Assembly: GCF_006345805.1 (NCBI RefSeq) | Contig: NC_043000.1 | Coordinates: 58,404,001-58,468,000, forward strand | Direction: 5' to 3' | Origin: Octopus sinensis | Lineage: Eukaryota | DNA length: 64,000 nucleotides | Part shown: positions 1 through 12,116 of the stretch, one piece after another | Layout: each line of letters opens with the position of its first letter | Numbering within the stretch: the first letter of the stretch is position 1 | Position numbers and translations under genes: made by a program | The notes under the pieces: generated by a model | What the model saw: the letters and a program-made list of their open reading frames with translations, nothing else | Database searches by the model: none | What the model was told of the DNA's origin: nothing

Positions 1-550
1 ATTAACATCCAACACTTGGCTGTCGATGAAAGAAGCAAATTTCTTGCAATTGCTGTCCAACTACGTTCAACATCTGAACTTCGAATTTGCTGACGGACAT
101 TACGAAGTTAAGTTGTATGAAAATCAGATGTTTTCTATTGCTGTCACAGTTTTAGTAATTTTAAAATTAAGTGGATTTTTAAAAAATTTGATACATTGTT
201 GTAATTTTTTACTGTGAATCTGATTTTGCTATTTAGTTGTTCCAGAAAATTTTTAGGAGAATATTGCAGAGGTTTAAGGTTTGATAATTTTTACCCAATC
301 AGTAAACATGATTTGGAAGCTGACATTCTCTGCATGAAAGCAACACATTAAGAGGACGAATTTTTTTTATACATAATGAAAGAAAAACATTACGACAATG
401 AAAGTTGCAAGAAGTTTTGAACTTTTGATAAATTTTGATGAATAAAATCACGTGAAACGGTCAAACAGCCATGTAAATATGATTTAAAAAGGAAAAGTTC
501 CCCAACGAAATTTTTTGGCGAAATATTACAAAACAAACAAATTGTACGTT

Positions 551-690
551 GGGGGTTTAGATTTAGGCTTAGGGTTTAAGGCTAGAGTTAGTGTTTAAGG
601 TTGGAATTAGGGTTGGGGATTTGGGATTAGAGTAAGGGTTTGGTTTTAGGGTTAGAATCAGGGTTTAGGATTAGAGTTATGGTTTAGGAT
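551..690 (+). repeat. Degenerate telomere-like hexamer array (TTAGGG/TTTAGG-like)
   Basis: Roughly 6-nt periodic G-rich run: ttagggtttaaggctagagttag...ttagggttagaatcagggtttagg. Confidence 0.6.
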
Positions 691-1419
691 CAGTCCGATC
701 AGTGGATGACCTGAGGTTAATCAAATAGTCACATATTTTTAATGAGCATTTTTCTGGGACAAGGGAATTAAAAAATCAAATTCAGCGTGAAATATTACAT
801 CACTATACCAAATTTAAAATTTTTTTACTTAATTTTAAAATTTCAAAAACTGTGATAGCAACAAAAAAGACTCATAAGTCTTTTTTCTCTCTGATGAAAT
901 AATTCAAAACAAACGTTCAAACAGGATTGTAAACAATTTAGAAAGGAGAATTCCTCAATAAAATCTGTTTGCGAAAAATTACTGTACGTTATACTGTAGT
1001 AAAAGTTCAGTTCATGTAAATAGTTAATATATTTTTTGTATCGAAAATTCAAAAACAAAAGTTCAGAATATATGTATTCGTCAAAGAAAATAGGTAAATA
1101 AAATACACGTAGTGGTTGTAGTAGTTTTCAGCAGACAGTTTGGCTTTTTACTATGGTAACAGGCACCACTGGGTCTTTGGCTTTCGATTGGCTAAAATCC
1201 CCAAAATTTGCAAACTTTAAAAGCTATTAACATGTTATTTATTACTTTATGATAAAAATGAAAGTCATTTTCATAAGTAGCATACAAAATTACGTCAGTA
1301 CACTAAATTTGAAAATATCTGGAACAAAATTAATAAATAGCAAACTATGACAACAATAGAAAAGAAATCTAGAAATTTAGTGCTTCTTGATCTAAAATGG
1401 CATATATGTAGGATAGTAC

Positions 1420-1880
1420 AGTGTGGGAAATCCTTTACCTAGTGAAACACTTGCTAGAGCACTTGAAAGATTTGAAAGAAAACATTGTCTTCAAGACATA
1501 ACGTCGCATCCTCAAGGAAATACACAAGAGGTAAAACACGGCTACTGCAAAATATGTGTGAAATTTTTTTGTCTATAACAGCATTTTAAAAACAGAAAAT
1601 AATACCCTCTGGACAAAACTACTATGACTGTGATTATATGTGGGAAATATTTTATTCATTATTTGAATCTTATTCACAACTTAGTTACACTGGAGAAAAA
1701 GAAACCGTTCCATTGTGATTTATGTAATCTTTGATGACATAAAAAATACGCACGGGAAAACAAGAGTATTACTATGAAATAAGTAAGAAAACTTTTATCA
1801 GTAGTAAAAATTTAAATAGCTATGAACGTATGCAAAATGGAGGAAAAACCATGTCACTGTGAAATATGAGGCAACACTTT
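1420..1880 (+). pseudogene. Decayed C2H2 zinc-finger array
   Basis: Frameshifted fragments CGKSFT (~1426), YCKICVKFF (~1544), YDCD-ICGKYF (~1623), TGEK-KPFHCDLC (~1690) and KPCHCEI (~1850) match the HTGEKPYHCDICGKSF linker pattern. Many stops and indels. Confidence 0.6.
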
Positions 1881-2632
1881 GGTCAATAATGGTGACTGAA
1901 CAACTGTTCAAGAAAACAGGAAGATAGCGTAAGATGTAATGAATAGAAATGTATTGGTTTTACGACAGAAATGTAAATATTTTATAACTGAATTTAATCA
2001 ATGATGTGGTTTATAGATCCAAATAAACAGGATTGAAACAATTTGTATGGGATGGCGAATAATAATACATAATGTTTTGTAAATGTTTGTCTTACAGATT
2101 TTTAGTCATGGTTGGGAAAATCTTTAGAGTATCGGATAAACTGTTTTACAGCACTTGTTCCGACTCTTTACATTCTGACTTCAATTCTCTCTATAATCAA
2201 CTTCGTCGTTCATCTTTCGTGATTGATAAAATAATGTCAATTACTGGGGTCGCTAGTATCGATTTACTATTCCTCTCAAAGCTACCTGTCGTCTGCTTAA
2301 ATTAGAAAGACAAACATGCACATACGTGTACACACACATACACACACACACTGACTTGCGTTTCCTCTAAGAAGGAAACTTTGTCGTAATAAAGTTTAAT
2401 ATTGCAGCAATTTCACTGCCAAAATATGAAAACTATCCATTTTTGTTCTTTGGCCATCTTTGGATTTCACGTTTAAAGGTGAACATCCTTTTAAGAAACC
2501 ATCTCATTGCTTTATTAGCGCGCACGTGGTCACCACTAAAGACTATGGGTCAGGTAGTTATTTGCCTTTTCAAGGTTTGTTAAATTAGAAAATAAATTTA
2601 AGTCAGTTGATTCAGCAGCTGATGATGAATAT

Positions 2633-2658
2633 TTATCTATCTACCAAGCTATCTATCT

Positions 2659-2702
<44 letters not shown>

Positions 2703-2782
2703 CCGTTCTCTCTCTCCCTCCCTATATATATATGTATATATATATATATATATTATATATATATATATATTATATATATATA

Positions 2783-2880
<98 letters not shown>

Positions 2881-2882
2881 AT
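2633..2882. repeat. Compound microsatellite (TATC)n/(CT)n/(TA)n
   Basis: Direct reading. Confidence 0.95.
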
Positions 2883-3051
2883 AATATTATTAGAGACAAA
2901 ACCACTATTTTGCAAAACAAACAAGAAAGACTTAATCAATACATAAAATTTTAATAAAAAGTCAAAAAAACCGCCACAAATTTTATGTATTGATTAAGTC
3001 TTTCCTTGTTTGTTTTGCAAAATAGTGGTTTTGTCTCTAATAATATTATAT
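2879..3051. repeat. Near-perfect inverted repeat (~73-bp arms, ~26-nt spacer)
   Basis: tattagagacaaaaccactattttgcaaaacaaacaagaaagacttaatcaatacataaaattt reappears as its reverse complement at ~2978-3051. Confidence 0.9.
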
Positions 3052-3148
3052 AATATTTTACTATAAAATTGGATTTAATCCTAAATCTGATTTTTTTCCC
3101 TGTAAATTTGGATTTATTCCCTAATATTTATTATATATATATATATAT

Positions 3149-3182
<34 letters not shown>

Positions 3183-3194
3183 ATATAGATATAT

Positions 3195-3560
3195 AATGAT
3201 AAATCTCAGAGCGTGTTATAAACAGTAGCAGAAACACATCGTGACGTATATTTGCCATTTGAATATGACTAACCCCTAAGGGTGGATGCTACTGTAGTTT
3301 TTAGCCCCAGGAGGACACCTCCTCCAGCTGGCTATAGACACACTTTCTGTGTCCTATCAGTATTTGCAAAGAGAAGCCATCCTTCCCGTCTTCAACTTAT
3401 GATACACACGGACTCGAGTTTCAGGGTATTGACTCGTCATCGGCGTGTGACAATCACAGTTATCGATGAGAAGTAGGTTCCCTTCACAAATACATATACT
3501 TTTTCCTGTATTGATTGACACTGATATTGAAAAAGTGTAATCAAACAATGATAAATCTCA
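3195..3560 (-). mobile_element. ~352-bp Penelope-pLTR/retrozyme-like unit with terminal 14-bp direct repeat
   Basis: aatgataaatctca at 3195-3208 and 3547-3560, enclosing a decayed hammerhead motif. Confidence 0.5.
3405..3449 (-). ncRNA. Degenerate minimal type I hammerhead ribozyme
   Basis: Minus strand: CACACG-CCGAUGA-CGAGUCAAUACCCU-GAAA-CUCGAGU-C-CGUGUG. Perfect 6-bp stem I and palindromic stem III (ACUCGAGU), but U4C core change and two stem II mismatches. Confidence 0.6.
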
Positions 3561-4869
3561 ACACATCTATGTGCTTATATGCATATTGAGAAGTAAATAG
3601 AAATAAAAGATAGCTACGTAAGAGGAAGAGATAATGAGAGATTAATTTTTTATTACCATAAAAGCTAATGGCGAATAGTTTGGTGACTTGGATTTTTTAA
3701 AAAAGAACGAGAGAGTTTTGGTTGATACATAAAGAAGGTAGCTCATACAACAGTTTAAGCATTCAGCGTACCTAAATTTACGACGTGCTAATAATTTTGA
3801 TCGCTCAAGCTTAAATCAATAGTTTTTAAAGTGAGTAACAGTGAAATACATAAGTGTATTTGTGGATTATAAAATCTAGTCAGAATACCAAAAAGTTGTG
3901 AAGTTGTGACGTTGTACGAAGTCGTGACGTTACACAATAGATATCGTAAGAATGTTAAGCTTGCCGTGGATTAGTTGTAATGAAGTCAGAATAGTATTCA
4001 TTAAATTATAACTGTTAAGGAACTCACATGAGTCGGAATAGTATTATAGATATATTCCAGCTTAGTTAAGTCAAAGAATTAGATAACGGTATAAAATGAA
4101 GATGATATCAGAATTTAAATTTAATACGTATTCATTAAATTAGACGATTAGAAAATACTTTAGAAAATACTGAAAAAAGTAAAGAATATCAACTTAAGCT
4201 TGGAAAATAGGGACAAAACGAAGGTATGTGTTATCTATTGGAAAGCTACTTCGAAAAGTGATTTTACGAAGGCAAATTACCGATAAGGTTTGTAAGGCCT
4301 TTTGTTTTTAACGTAAGATTTTGCTTCGGATAAAACAGGAGAAAAAGTATTAAAAACGAGAAAAGTAAGGAAATTGAAAGCAAAATATGCAAAAGACATA
4401 TATGTGAATGTGTCTCGAAAAAGAAATCCATTAATGTGCCACTTCATCTAGTTGTATTGATGTAGCTGTATAAAGCAATACAATTAAAAGGGCGGAATAA
4501 AATTAGATGTAGAATGCATTTCCAAAGTATTCAAAGATGCCAAAATATACTGAAATGGATATCCTTGAATATGGCATAAATGTTTCAGAAAGAAATATAT
4601 ATAAAAATACATGTAAATATACATAAACATATACAAACATATGAGGGCAGCAACTCGATTTCGAGTTATGCCAACGCTTGATTGTTCTCTTAAACATGAG
4701 CTCTTTAACCTTGTGACTTTGGACTTCTTTACTGCAAATACTACACCAGTCTCCTTCTTTGCACCTCTCTGCTCTCTCACGCCAGTAAATTGTTCAGTGA
4801 TTGACCTTCTTCAATGAATCTCGATTCAGACTCTTTCTCACACACACACATATATACTTCACTGTGCCC

Positions 4870-6400
4870 CATTCCAAAGAGAGGCAACCCCCTAATCCAG
4901 CCAACAATCGTTCTATTCCTTTCGCTTCTAACATCTCTAAGTTAGTGAAGACAGTCATCAACCCAGAATAATTCTCTTTTTCTCCTTCTCTTTTCCTCTC
5001 TCTCTCTCTCTTTCTCTTTTCCTCTTTCTCTCTTCTCCTCCTCCCTCTTCCTCTCTTTCACCTTCTATCCCTCCCCTTCCCTCTCTCCTTTCTCTCCCCT
5101 CAGTGACCACCAGTACGGCTTCCGTGGAGCCAAGATCCACTGTAGATCTCTTCTCTTATGTCACTCACCAGTGAGTTCTCACTTTAGAGATGTTAGGTGA
5201 AAACAATATTGTTGTATTAGACATCAGCAAAGCCTTCGGCTATATCTGACATGTAAATTTCCCATCGAATCTTTCCGCCTATAGGCTTCAGCTGTTTCTC
5301 TTTTACCGAGTCGCTAGCTTTCTATCAGATCGCGTCATGGCGACTCGTGATGACAGAACTCTTTCTACACCAATTTCAGTCAACTCTGGAGTTATCCAGG
5401 GTTCGATTTTGTCTTCCACTCTCTTCCTTCTATACATCAATGATCAACTCACCACCAAATTCAAAATTTCCACTCTTATGCAACTAACACAATCCTTCTT
5501 TTCTCCCTAACTTTAATGGACCGTGCATCATTTACATCCAACCTACATATCACACACCAAACTTGCACTGATTTTATGAATGAAGACCTTGAGAACATTT
5601 TTCAGTGGGGCTACACCAACCTTGATTCCTTTAACAGAGAAATCAGAAAAAGGAAAAGTTAGGAACTACTCATATCAAGAAAATAATATTACACGACAGC
5701 CCACACCACCACTACTACTAATGAGTGCTACTCAGTGTTTCCATGGTTACTCCAAGTGCAGAGTCACACTATCACTGAAGATCTCTCCTGACGAAAGTAC
5801 ATTCTTAGTTTAGCTACGGCCGCATCCCCAAAATTTGTCTTTCTCTTCAGTGCCCAACAGTTGCTGACACTCTGTAAGGTGCAAGTGGAACTAAGCACTG
5901 CACTCACATCTGGAACGGTCCCGCTGCTACAAACCACGTCCTGGACCGCACCTGGAGTAGGACCGCTTGATTGACAGGCATTCAATCATTAATAGACACA
6001 CTCCCCTAATTTCTGGACCACAGGCGTACCGTGTCCTTTCTCGGTCATTTTATCGCTGCTATAATGTCCTCTGTTCCTCAGAGTTGGCTGGTCTCGCACC
6101 TCTACGGTTCAGACATCCCAAAGAACTTATGTCTCCACTCTCGTCACCCTTGTTTCGTCCAACGCCTCGACTCTGCTCTGACCACTTTGTCTAGTTCCCC
6201 TCTTCAGGACATCAGTTCTCTCGAATCTTCTTCCGATTCGTGCAGGAAGAATCTTCTTTCTGAAGTTGTTGACCCACAGGAAAGATACGAGTTTAAACTG
6301 AATATTTACGGCAACAAGTAAACCGGTCAGTGAGGGCCTCAAAGATCATGGATACTGCTCCTTCCTTCAAACTCACCAAATAAACACACATACACAAAGA
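4870..6400 (+). mobile_element. Degenerate non-LTR retrotransposon RT (Jockey/CR1-like), interrupted by a CT microsatellite (~4960-5100)
   Basis: RT-like motifs across frames: NNRSIPFASNISKLV, SDHQYGFR, VVLDISKAF, VNSGVIQGSILSSTLFLLYIND, and C-terminal FYRCYNVLCSSELAGL. Confidence 0.8.
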
Positions 6401-6564
6401 AAAATGTAGTGTGCAGGGTATCTGCATGAATATGTGAAATACTAAATACTTAATAAATAAAGCAAATACGGAAGGAATAAAAGTTAGAAATAAGTTTAAA
6501 TGTATGAATCTAGGTTCGAGAACTAGAACAGAATCGTAGGAATAACTTAGTGAAGTGAAGGATA

Positions 6565-6942
6565 TTTTATTTGTTTCAGCCATTGGACAGCAACCTTGCT
6601 AGGGCACAGCTTGAAGAGTTTAGTCAAACAAATCCCATTACTTATTTTTTATAAGTCTAGTACTTATTCTATCGAACCCTTTTGCTGAATTACTAAGTTA
6701 CTGGGACGTAAACTAACTAATATTGATTGTCGAGGAGGGGTGACAAGCACAGACACAAAGACACGTACGCACGCGCGCACACACACACACACAACGGGCT
6801 TCAACACAGTTTGCGTCAACCAAATTCATTCACAAAGCTCGAGACTATTATATAAGACGCCCAAGGTGCCACGCAGTGGGATAGACCCCGAAATTACGTG
6901 ATTGCAAAGTGAGCTTCTTTACCATACAGTCATGCCTGCACC
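6565..6942 (-). mobile_element. tRNA-derived SINE, family A, full length
   Basis: Reverse complement of the family seen at 23753-24206 (head ggtgcaggcatgactgtatggtaaagaagc, internal CA tract, tail gctgaaacaaataaaa). Confidence 0.75.
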
Positions 6943-8559
6943 AATCAATGAAAATAGGAAAGAGAAAGTGCAGATGGGATCTAGAATGGTAGGGTGTCAT
7001 TAATGTGTTTGGAGCGTGAGATTACAATATAAGATTACCTATTTGGGAATGTAAAAGGTCAAAAATGCTTCTTGAGATCATAAATGGCGTTAAGAAAAAT
7101 ACATACTTTACGAGTACTTGTTGGGAGCTGCCAAACAGTGTTGGTAGTTAAAATAGTTACACAGTAGGTCAGAGTGACTACAATGCTGTTTACATTAGAA
7201 AAAGAACTTTAGCATTTTATGTTGGTAAGACGGAATTCTTTCTGGGCGTTTTTCTCTTTTTGTTCTGGAGTAGAAGGGTGCTGGTAGAACTTAGACAAAA
7301 ATGCTTTTGTCGCTCTTAGTTGTGCAGAGATCGCAAGTTCTTTTGTTTCTGATGAATGAGTTTGCTTTAGAGAAAATGTTACAGTGCTCATTCTTAGTCT
7401 CCGAGTTTCAGATGTAGTTAGAAATCGAAGTGAAGTTTCTTCGGAGGGGATTCCAGAATGCATGCGTATTGAAATGAAGTTTAAGGGTTTAAATGGATTG
7501 AGCTGAAATTAGTGCATGCTTCAGATCAGTTATTGATTTGTATGGCATATTGGTATACTTTACTTTAGCAAAACAATTACAATTAAAGAACCAAGTAATG
7601 GAGTTGATGCAATTTCAAACAAATATGAGTAGTTTGGTTGGTGTTGAGTTGATTCAATTTAGAAAGATTTGATGAGGCAAGAATTTGAGCAATATTAGAT
7701 AAAGTGATTTTAAATGCTGTTTTATTGAAGATTTTATATAATTCTCATGCTGGGGCAAAAGTATATCTGAAGCAATTCGAACAGCATTTTATCTATTATG
7801 ATGATGAGGATTCATTGGCAGGAGGATTAAACTAAGTGCTGTTTTTATGGCTTACCGATCGCATAAAAACTTCAATGTACTTCATTTTTTTTACAGCAAA
7901 ACCAGTTCTGTTAAGTGTTTTGTTATCATACGTGGATGTTACAGAGCATCTTTCTTTTTTGAATGAAGTCTAAGAAAAATATTTTAACCAGATTATTAAC
8001 TTTGAAATGGTTATGTTGCTTATAGGTACAGTTTGAAATTTCATTAGGTTTGCGATACGAGTAGTACACAGTGTTGGTTAGGCTACGTCTCACAACATGT
8101 ATACTTTCCTTTTCTATCTCAGTTCTAGTATAATGAATATTATAATTTATGATTATTTTTCCTTTTTCCAACTATTTCATCAAATGAATTTAAATATATT
8201 CTTATAATGTCTAACGTAATCTTCCCCATTTCGTACAATTTCACAATTTCTAATTCCTCTTCAAACTTATATTTCCGTTTTATTCATCTATTACGAAAAA
8301 GCTCTGTAGGTTTTGTTGAAAAATTGAAGTACATTGAAATCCCTATGAAATCTGTAAACTATATAGAGAAAAAAACCCAGTTCAGCCTTTCATTTAATAT
8401 AACGTCTTATCATAAAAGTGAAAAATCCACAAATTTACTTTGAAATTACTTTAAATGTAATACTAAGTTCCTAACATTCATACGCGCGTTCGTAAATTTA
8501 GAAATTCTTAAATTTTAAACTATGATATTGGTTACTTCTTTTGTCAAAACTTTTTCGTT

Positions 8560-9076
8560 AATTTTTAAATTCAATCAATACTCAGTCTTGAGCGTAACTC
8601 AAAGAAAAACTACTCAAATGTATGTATTTCCAAATATGGCTAGAATTTGCAACGATGAAGCCAACAAGTGGGAAATCTCTCACTTTGAAGGAACTGGTAG
8701 TAATAAAAACACTGTCCACAGCACATTTCTACTTCAGCATGGTATTGTACACAAGTCCACTAACTTCATCTGAATTTCCTCAGAAACAGTATCAATATCC
8801 ATAGTGAGTGGAGTAGCCACAAACATAAATCGTCGCAAAATGTCGCTCAGACTCTGAGTGTAGTTTTACAATTATATCTGCATATTCATTCAAGCGTTGT
8901 GATTCAACCCACAACAATGACTGCAAAACCGTGAAGTAAGCTAATTCCCTGCCTGCAAGCTGTTTACAGATGAAAGACATCACGCTATCATACATTATTG
9001 TTATAACCTGTTTTGAGCCTTCGAGTTTCAAGTTCAGAACGTTAACACTTCGTCTATCAAACCCATTTTGCATCAT
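8560..9076 (-). pseudogene. hAT (Charlie/SPIN, GTF2IRD2-like) transposase remnant, C-terminal part
   Basis: LAYFTVLQSL, YADIIVKLHSESERHF, MDIDTVSEEIQMKLVDL and ILAIFGNTYI resemble recalled hAT-Charlie motifs (EELQMELIDL, SMFGSTYLCE). Stops and frameshifts present. Confidence 0.65.
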
Positions 9077-9989
9077 ATTTTCTTTCTAAGGGCAGTGTAA
9101 TTTTGTAATAAATTACGCGTTTTTACATTTTTTTAGTCACTATATAAACGACCACATTGATGTGTAATATGGGTATTTCCGTTGACTCCGCGGGAATCAC
9201 ATAATACTCGTTAAAAAGTGTTAAAATGGCCATGATACCTCCATTTACGGAATTTTAAATTTATTTATGATTTTTTTTCTACAGATTATATTTCATATTA
9301 TATTGTATACACCTTATTGGCTTATTTTTCACCAAAATTGTTTTATGGGAAATAGGTGCTTCAGTGATTGAGATGATAGTGACTTGTACCCTTTTTACCA
9401 TTTCCGTATAAGATTCACATTGGCGTTTTGTTCACATTTATGTGACACTGCTGTTACACATACAATATTTCATATCGCATTAGGTTGGCAGGTCAAGCTT
9501 AACACTGCTGCTGCTGTTGTGCTGCTACAGAAGTATGGAAGGGATGAAAGACAAATGACCAAGTTTTAGGAAAATATTGGCCTCGAAAGTGGCTCTGCTG
9601 CGAGCCGTAAAAATGTAGTTTCCGGGTCGCACCCTTGAGACCTCTGCTATTACTTGATCTCTCGATCATCTAGGAATGGCAGATAAATATCCATCTAGTC
9701 ACATCTTAAGAAAAGGAAGGAAATACTGGGCAAATTAATTTAAAATGTACAAAAAGATGGGATGGTCACGTTTGACAGCAACACATTATTAAAACCCTCA
9801 AAATAGTGAACAAAAAATACTAGTCCTTACGACTTTCTGGTGATCTCTCATAGACCTCACATTGCCAACCTACAATAATTAAGCTATCCTTTTAGTCCTG
9901 ATTGCCTGTTGCTCCATGCATCTGCACAATATTTCATATGATGTCCAAAACTGATCAAAACGTACAACTGATTAGCTACATTTTACTCA

Positions 9990-10215
9990 CCAACTTTCAA
10001 ACATGTTTAATTTCACTTCTCACTATCGCAGTGGCATTTGCTCGTCTGAATTAATTTACTATCATACCCATTCCAGAAGATCAACCGAATATTTCTCCTT
10101 TCCTCGTCATTCCTATTGTGTATCACTTTTCAGATTCGAAACTAAATACTTTCTCCAGCCTTACCTTTTCAGAAAAAACCTTTGAAAACCCTCTAACATT
10201 CCCTCCGCAGAATTC
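9990..10215 (+). mobile_element. 3' fragment of a Jockey-like LINE ORF2
   Basis: HYRSGICSSELIYYHTHSRRST...HSYCVSLFRFETKYF parallels the C-terminal tail of the element at 4.9-6.4 kb. Confidence 0.5.
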
Positions 10216-10984
10216 GAGAATCTACGAATGAAAGTCACAGGAAAAGTCACAGAAGCAAAAAAAAAGTACCTTCATAACTTGTGTTGCTCGACGAGAGAAC
10301 CACAAAGTGTAATGGAGTTTCCTGATGGCGCCGGCTGGAACATTCATCTTAGTTATCAACATTAAAAATACTGAATGTACATGTAATGCCACGATATGAT
10401 GTATGATGTTTTCAGTCTGTACATATGCAATATAGTCAATAAATGACTGACTTAAATTTTTTTGCTTTATAGTCTTACTTAGCTTAAGAAATTGAATAAA
10501 AGGTTGCTTTTTTACTTTCACATTGTGTAATGCCATCATATATAAATTATGTACAAGTCATGTACTGACAGTTAATAACGGATTTTAAATATATTTTGTT
10601 TTATTACTTCTACTTTTTATAGCATTCGAATAAAAATTTGACATTTATTTTCCAGTGACTATTTTCCTGTTACCTTTTTTTCGGGACACAGCTTTCGGCT
10701 TGCAAATTTTGAAGATGAATATTAGTTACATAAGGCTTGCAAATGTTATTTATTTTCACTGCCTTCCGACCTCTTATTGATAATAAAATATGCTTAATAA
10801 CTGTGTAACAATTTTTTTGGTCAGTAAGTGTTATTTCCTATTTACTTCTATCTAGAAATCAAAGGAAATGACTACTATTTCCTTCAAGTTTTGCTTTTGT
10901 AACTTGAACAGCAATATTTTGAAACTGATATATTTTTCATTACATTTCAGACAGATTCAGAACTGGGTTGTTGAAGCAGAAATA

Positions 10985-11240
10985 TGTGTAAGTCAATGTA
11001 TAAGTGGCTGAGCACTCCACAGATACGTGTACCCTTAACGTAATTCTCAGGGAGATTCAGCGTGTCACAGAATGTGATAAGGCTGATCCTTTGAAATGCA
11101 GGTACTACTCATTTTTGCCAGCTGAGTGGACTGGAGCAACATGAAATAAGGTGTCTACCTCAAGGACACAACGCGTCGTCGGGAATTCAAGTCACAAACT
11201 TACGATCCGAATACTCTAACCATAAACCACGCACCTTCAT
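10985..11240 (-). mobile_element. tRNA-derived SINE with V/Meta-like central domain
   Basis: Minus strand has an A/B-box head, then gcgttgtgtccttgag...gttgctccagtccactcagctggcaaaaatgagtag. Related copy on + at ~34422-34680. Confidence 0.6.
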
Positions 11241-11370
11241 ACGACGAATAATACTCAGTTGAAAAGATCTATCAAGAAATCTGCTGATAATTAGGCAATG
11301 TATCAAGTAACAGGTGATATTCCTTCATACCTGGAGTTAAATTCAATCTACTAAAATATTCCTATGATAT

Positions 11371-11580
11371 GCGCGGGCGTGGCTATGTGGTTGAGAAACT
11401 TGCCTCCGAACCATGCGGTTTGGGTTTCAGTCGTATTGCGCAGCACCTTGGAGAAACGTCTTCTTCTATTATAGCACTGGGCCAAGGACATACTAAGTAT
11501 GACTACCTATTGGAAATAACAGTCAAATAACAGAGTCAATGATATCTTTGCAAATTATTTTTTCGTGAATTATTTGCTCC

Positions 11581-11647
<67 letters not shown>

Positions 11648-12064
11648 CCAAAAGTCCGTCCCGAGCCATAAGCTCATGAAACTAATTTCCAGGATTCTGT
11701 GGCGTAATTCACTCCCTCCTGGATAGAACGATGGAATGCGGGTCGGTGTCCGGGTTACTCATTTTTGTCAGTTGAGTGGACTGGAGCAACGTGAAATAAA
11801 GTATTTTGGTAAAGAAAACAATGCATCGCCTTCTCACGGAATCAAAACCATGTTTATGTGTGTCTGTGTTTTTTCCACTCACCACTTGACAACTGGTGTT
11901 GGTTTGTTGACGTCCCTGTAACTTAGCGGTTCGGCAAAAAGATATCGATAGAATAAGTAATAGGCTTTAAAAAAAGATAAGTACTGGGATCGATCTTTCG
12001 ACTAAACCCTTGAAGTCGGTGATTGAGCATGGTCACAATGCAATCTCTGAAACATAAAAGTAAA
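11371..12064 (+). mobile_element. Composite family A SINE with nested repeat fragment and (TA)(TG) microsatellite
   Basis: Head gcgcgggcgtggctatgtggttgagaaac; 3' half cacttgacaactggtgttgg...ttagcggttcggcaaaa...ctgaaacataaaag. Confidence 0.7.
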
Positions 12065-12116
12065 ATGCTAGAAAATATTTTGCTACGTTTAAATTTCCAT
12101 GAAAAGAAAAAATATA

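Noticed and set aside
3600-4480. Possible decayed coding sequence
   Set aside because: No recognisable motif in the frames examined; left unassigned.
7200-8170. Minus-strand ORF fragments next to the hAT remnant
   Set aside because: Broken by stops and could not be assigned to any family.
10222-10539. 105-aa minus-strand ORF, possible transposase C-terminus
   Set aside because: No diagnostic motif recognised.
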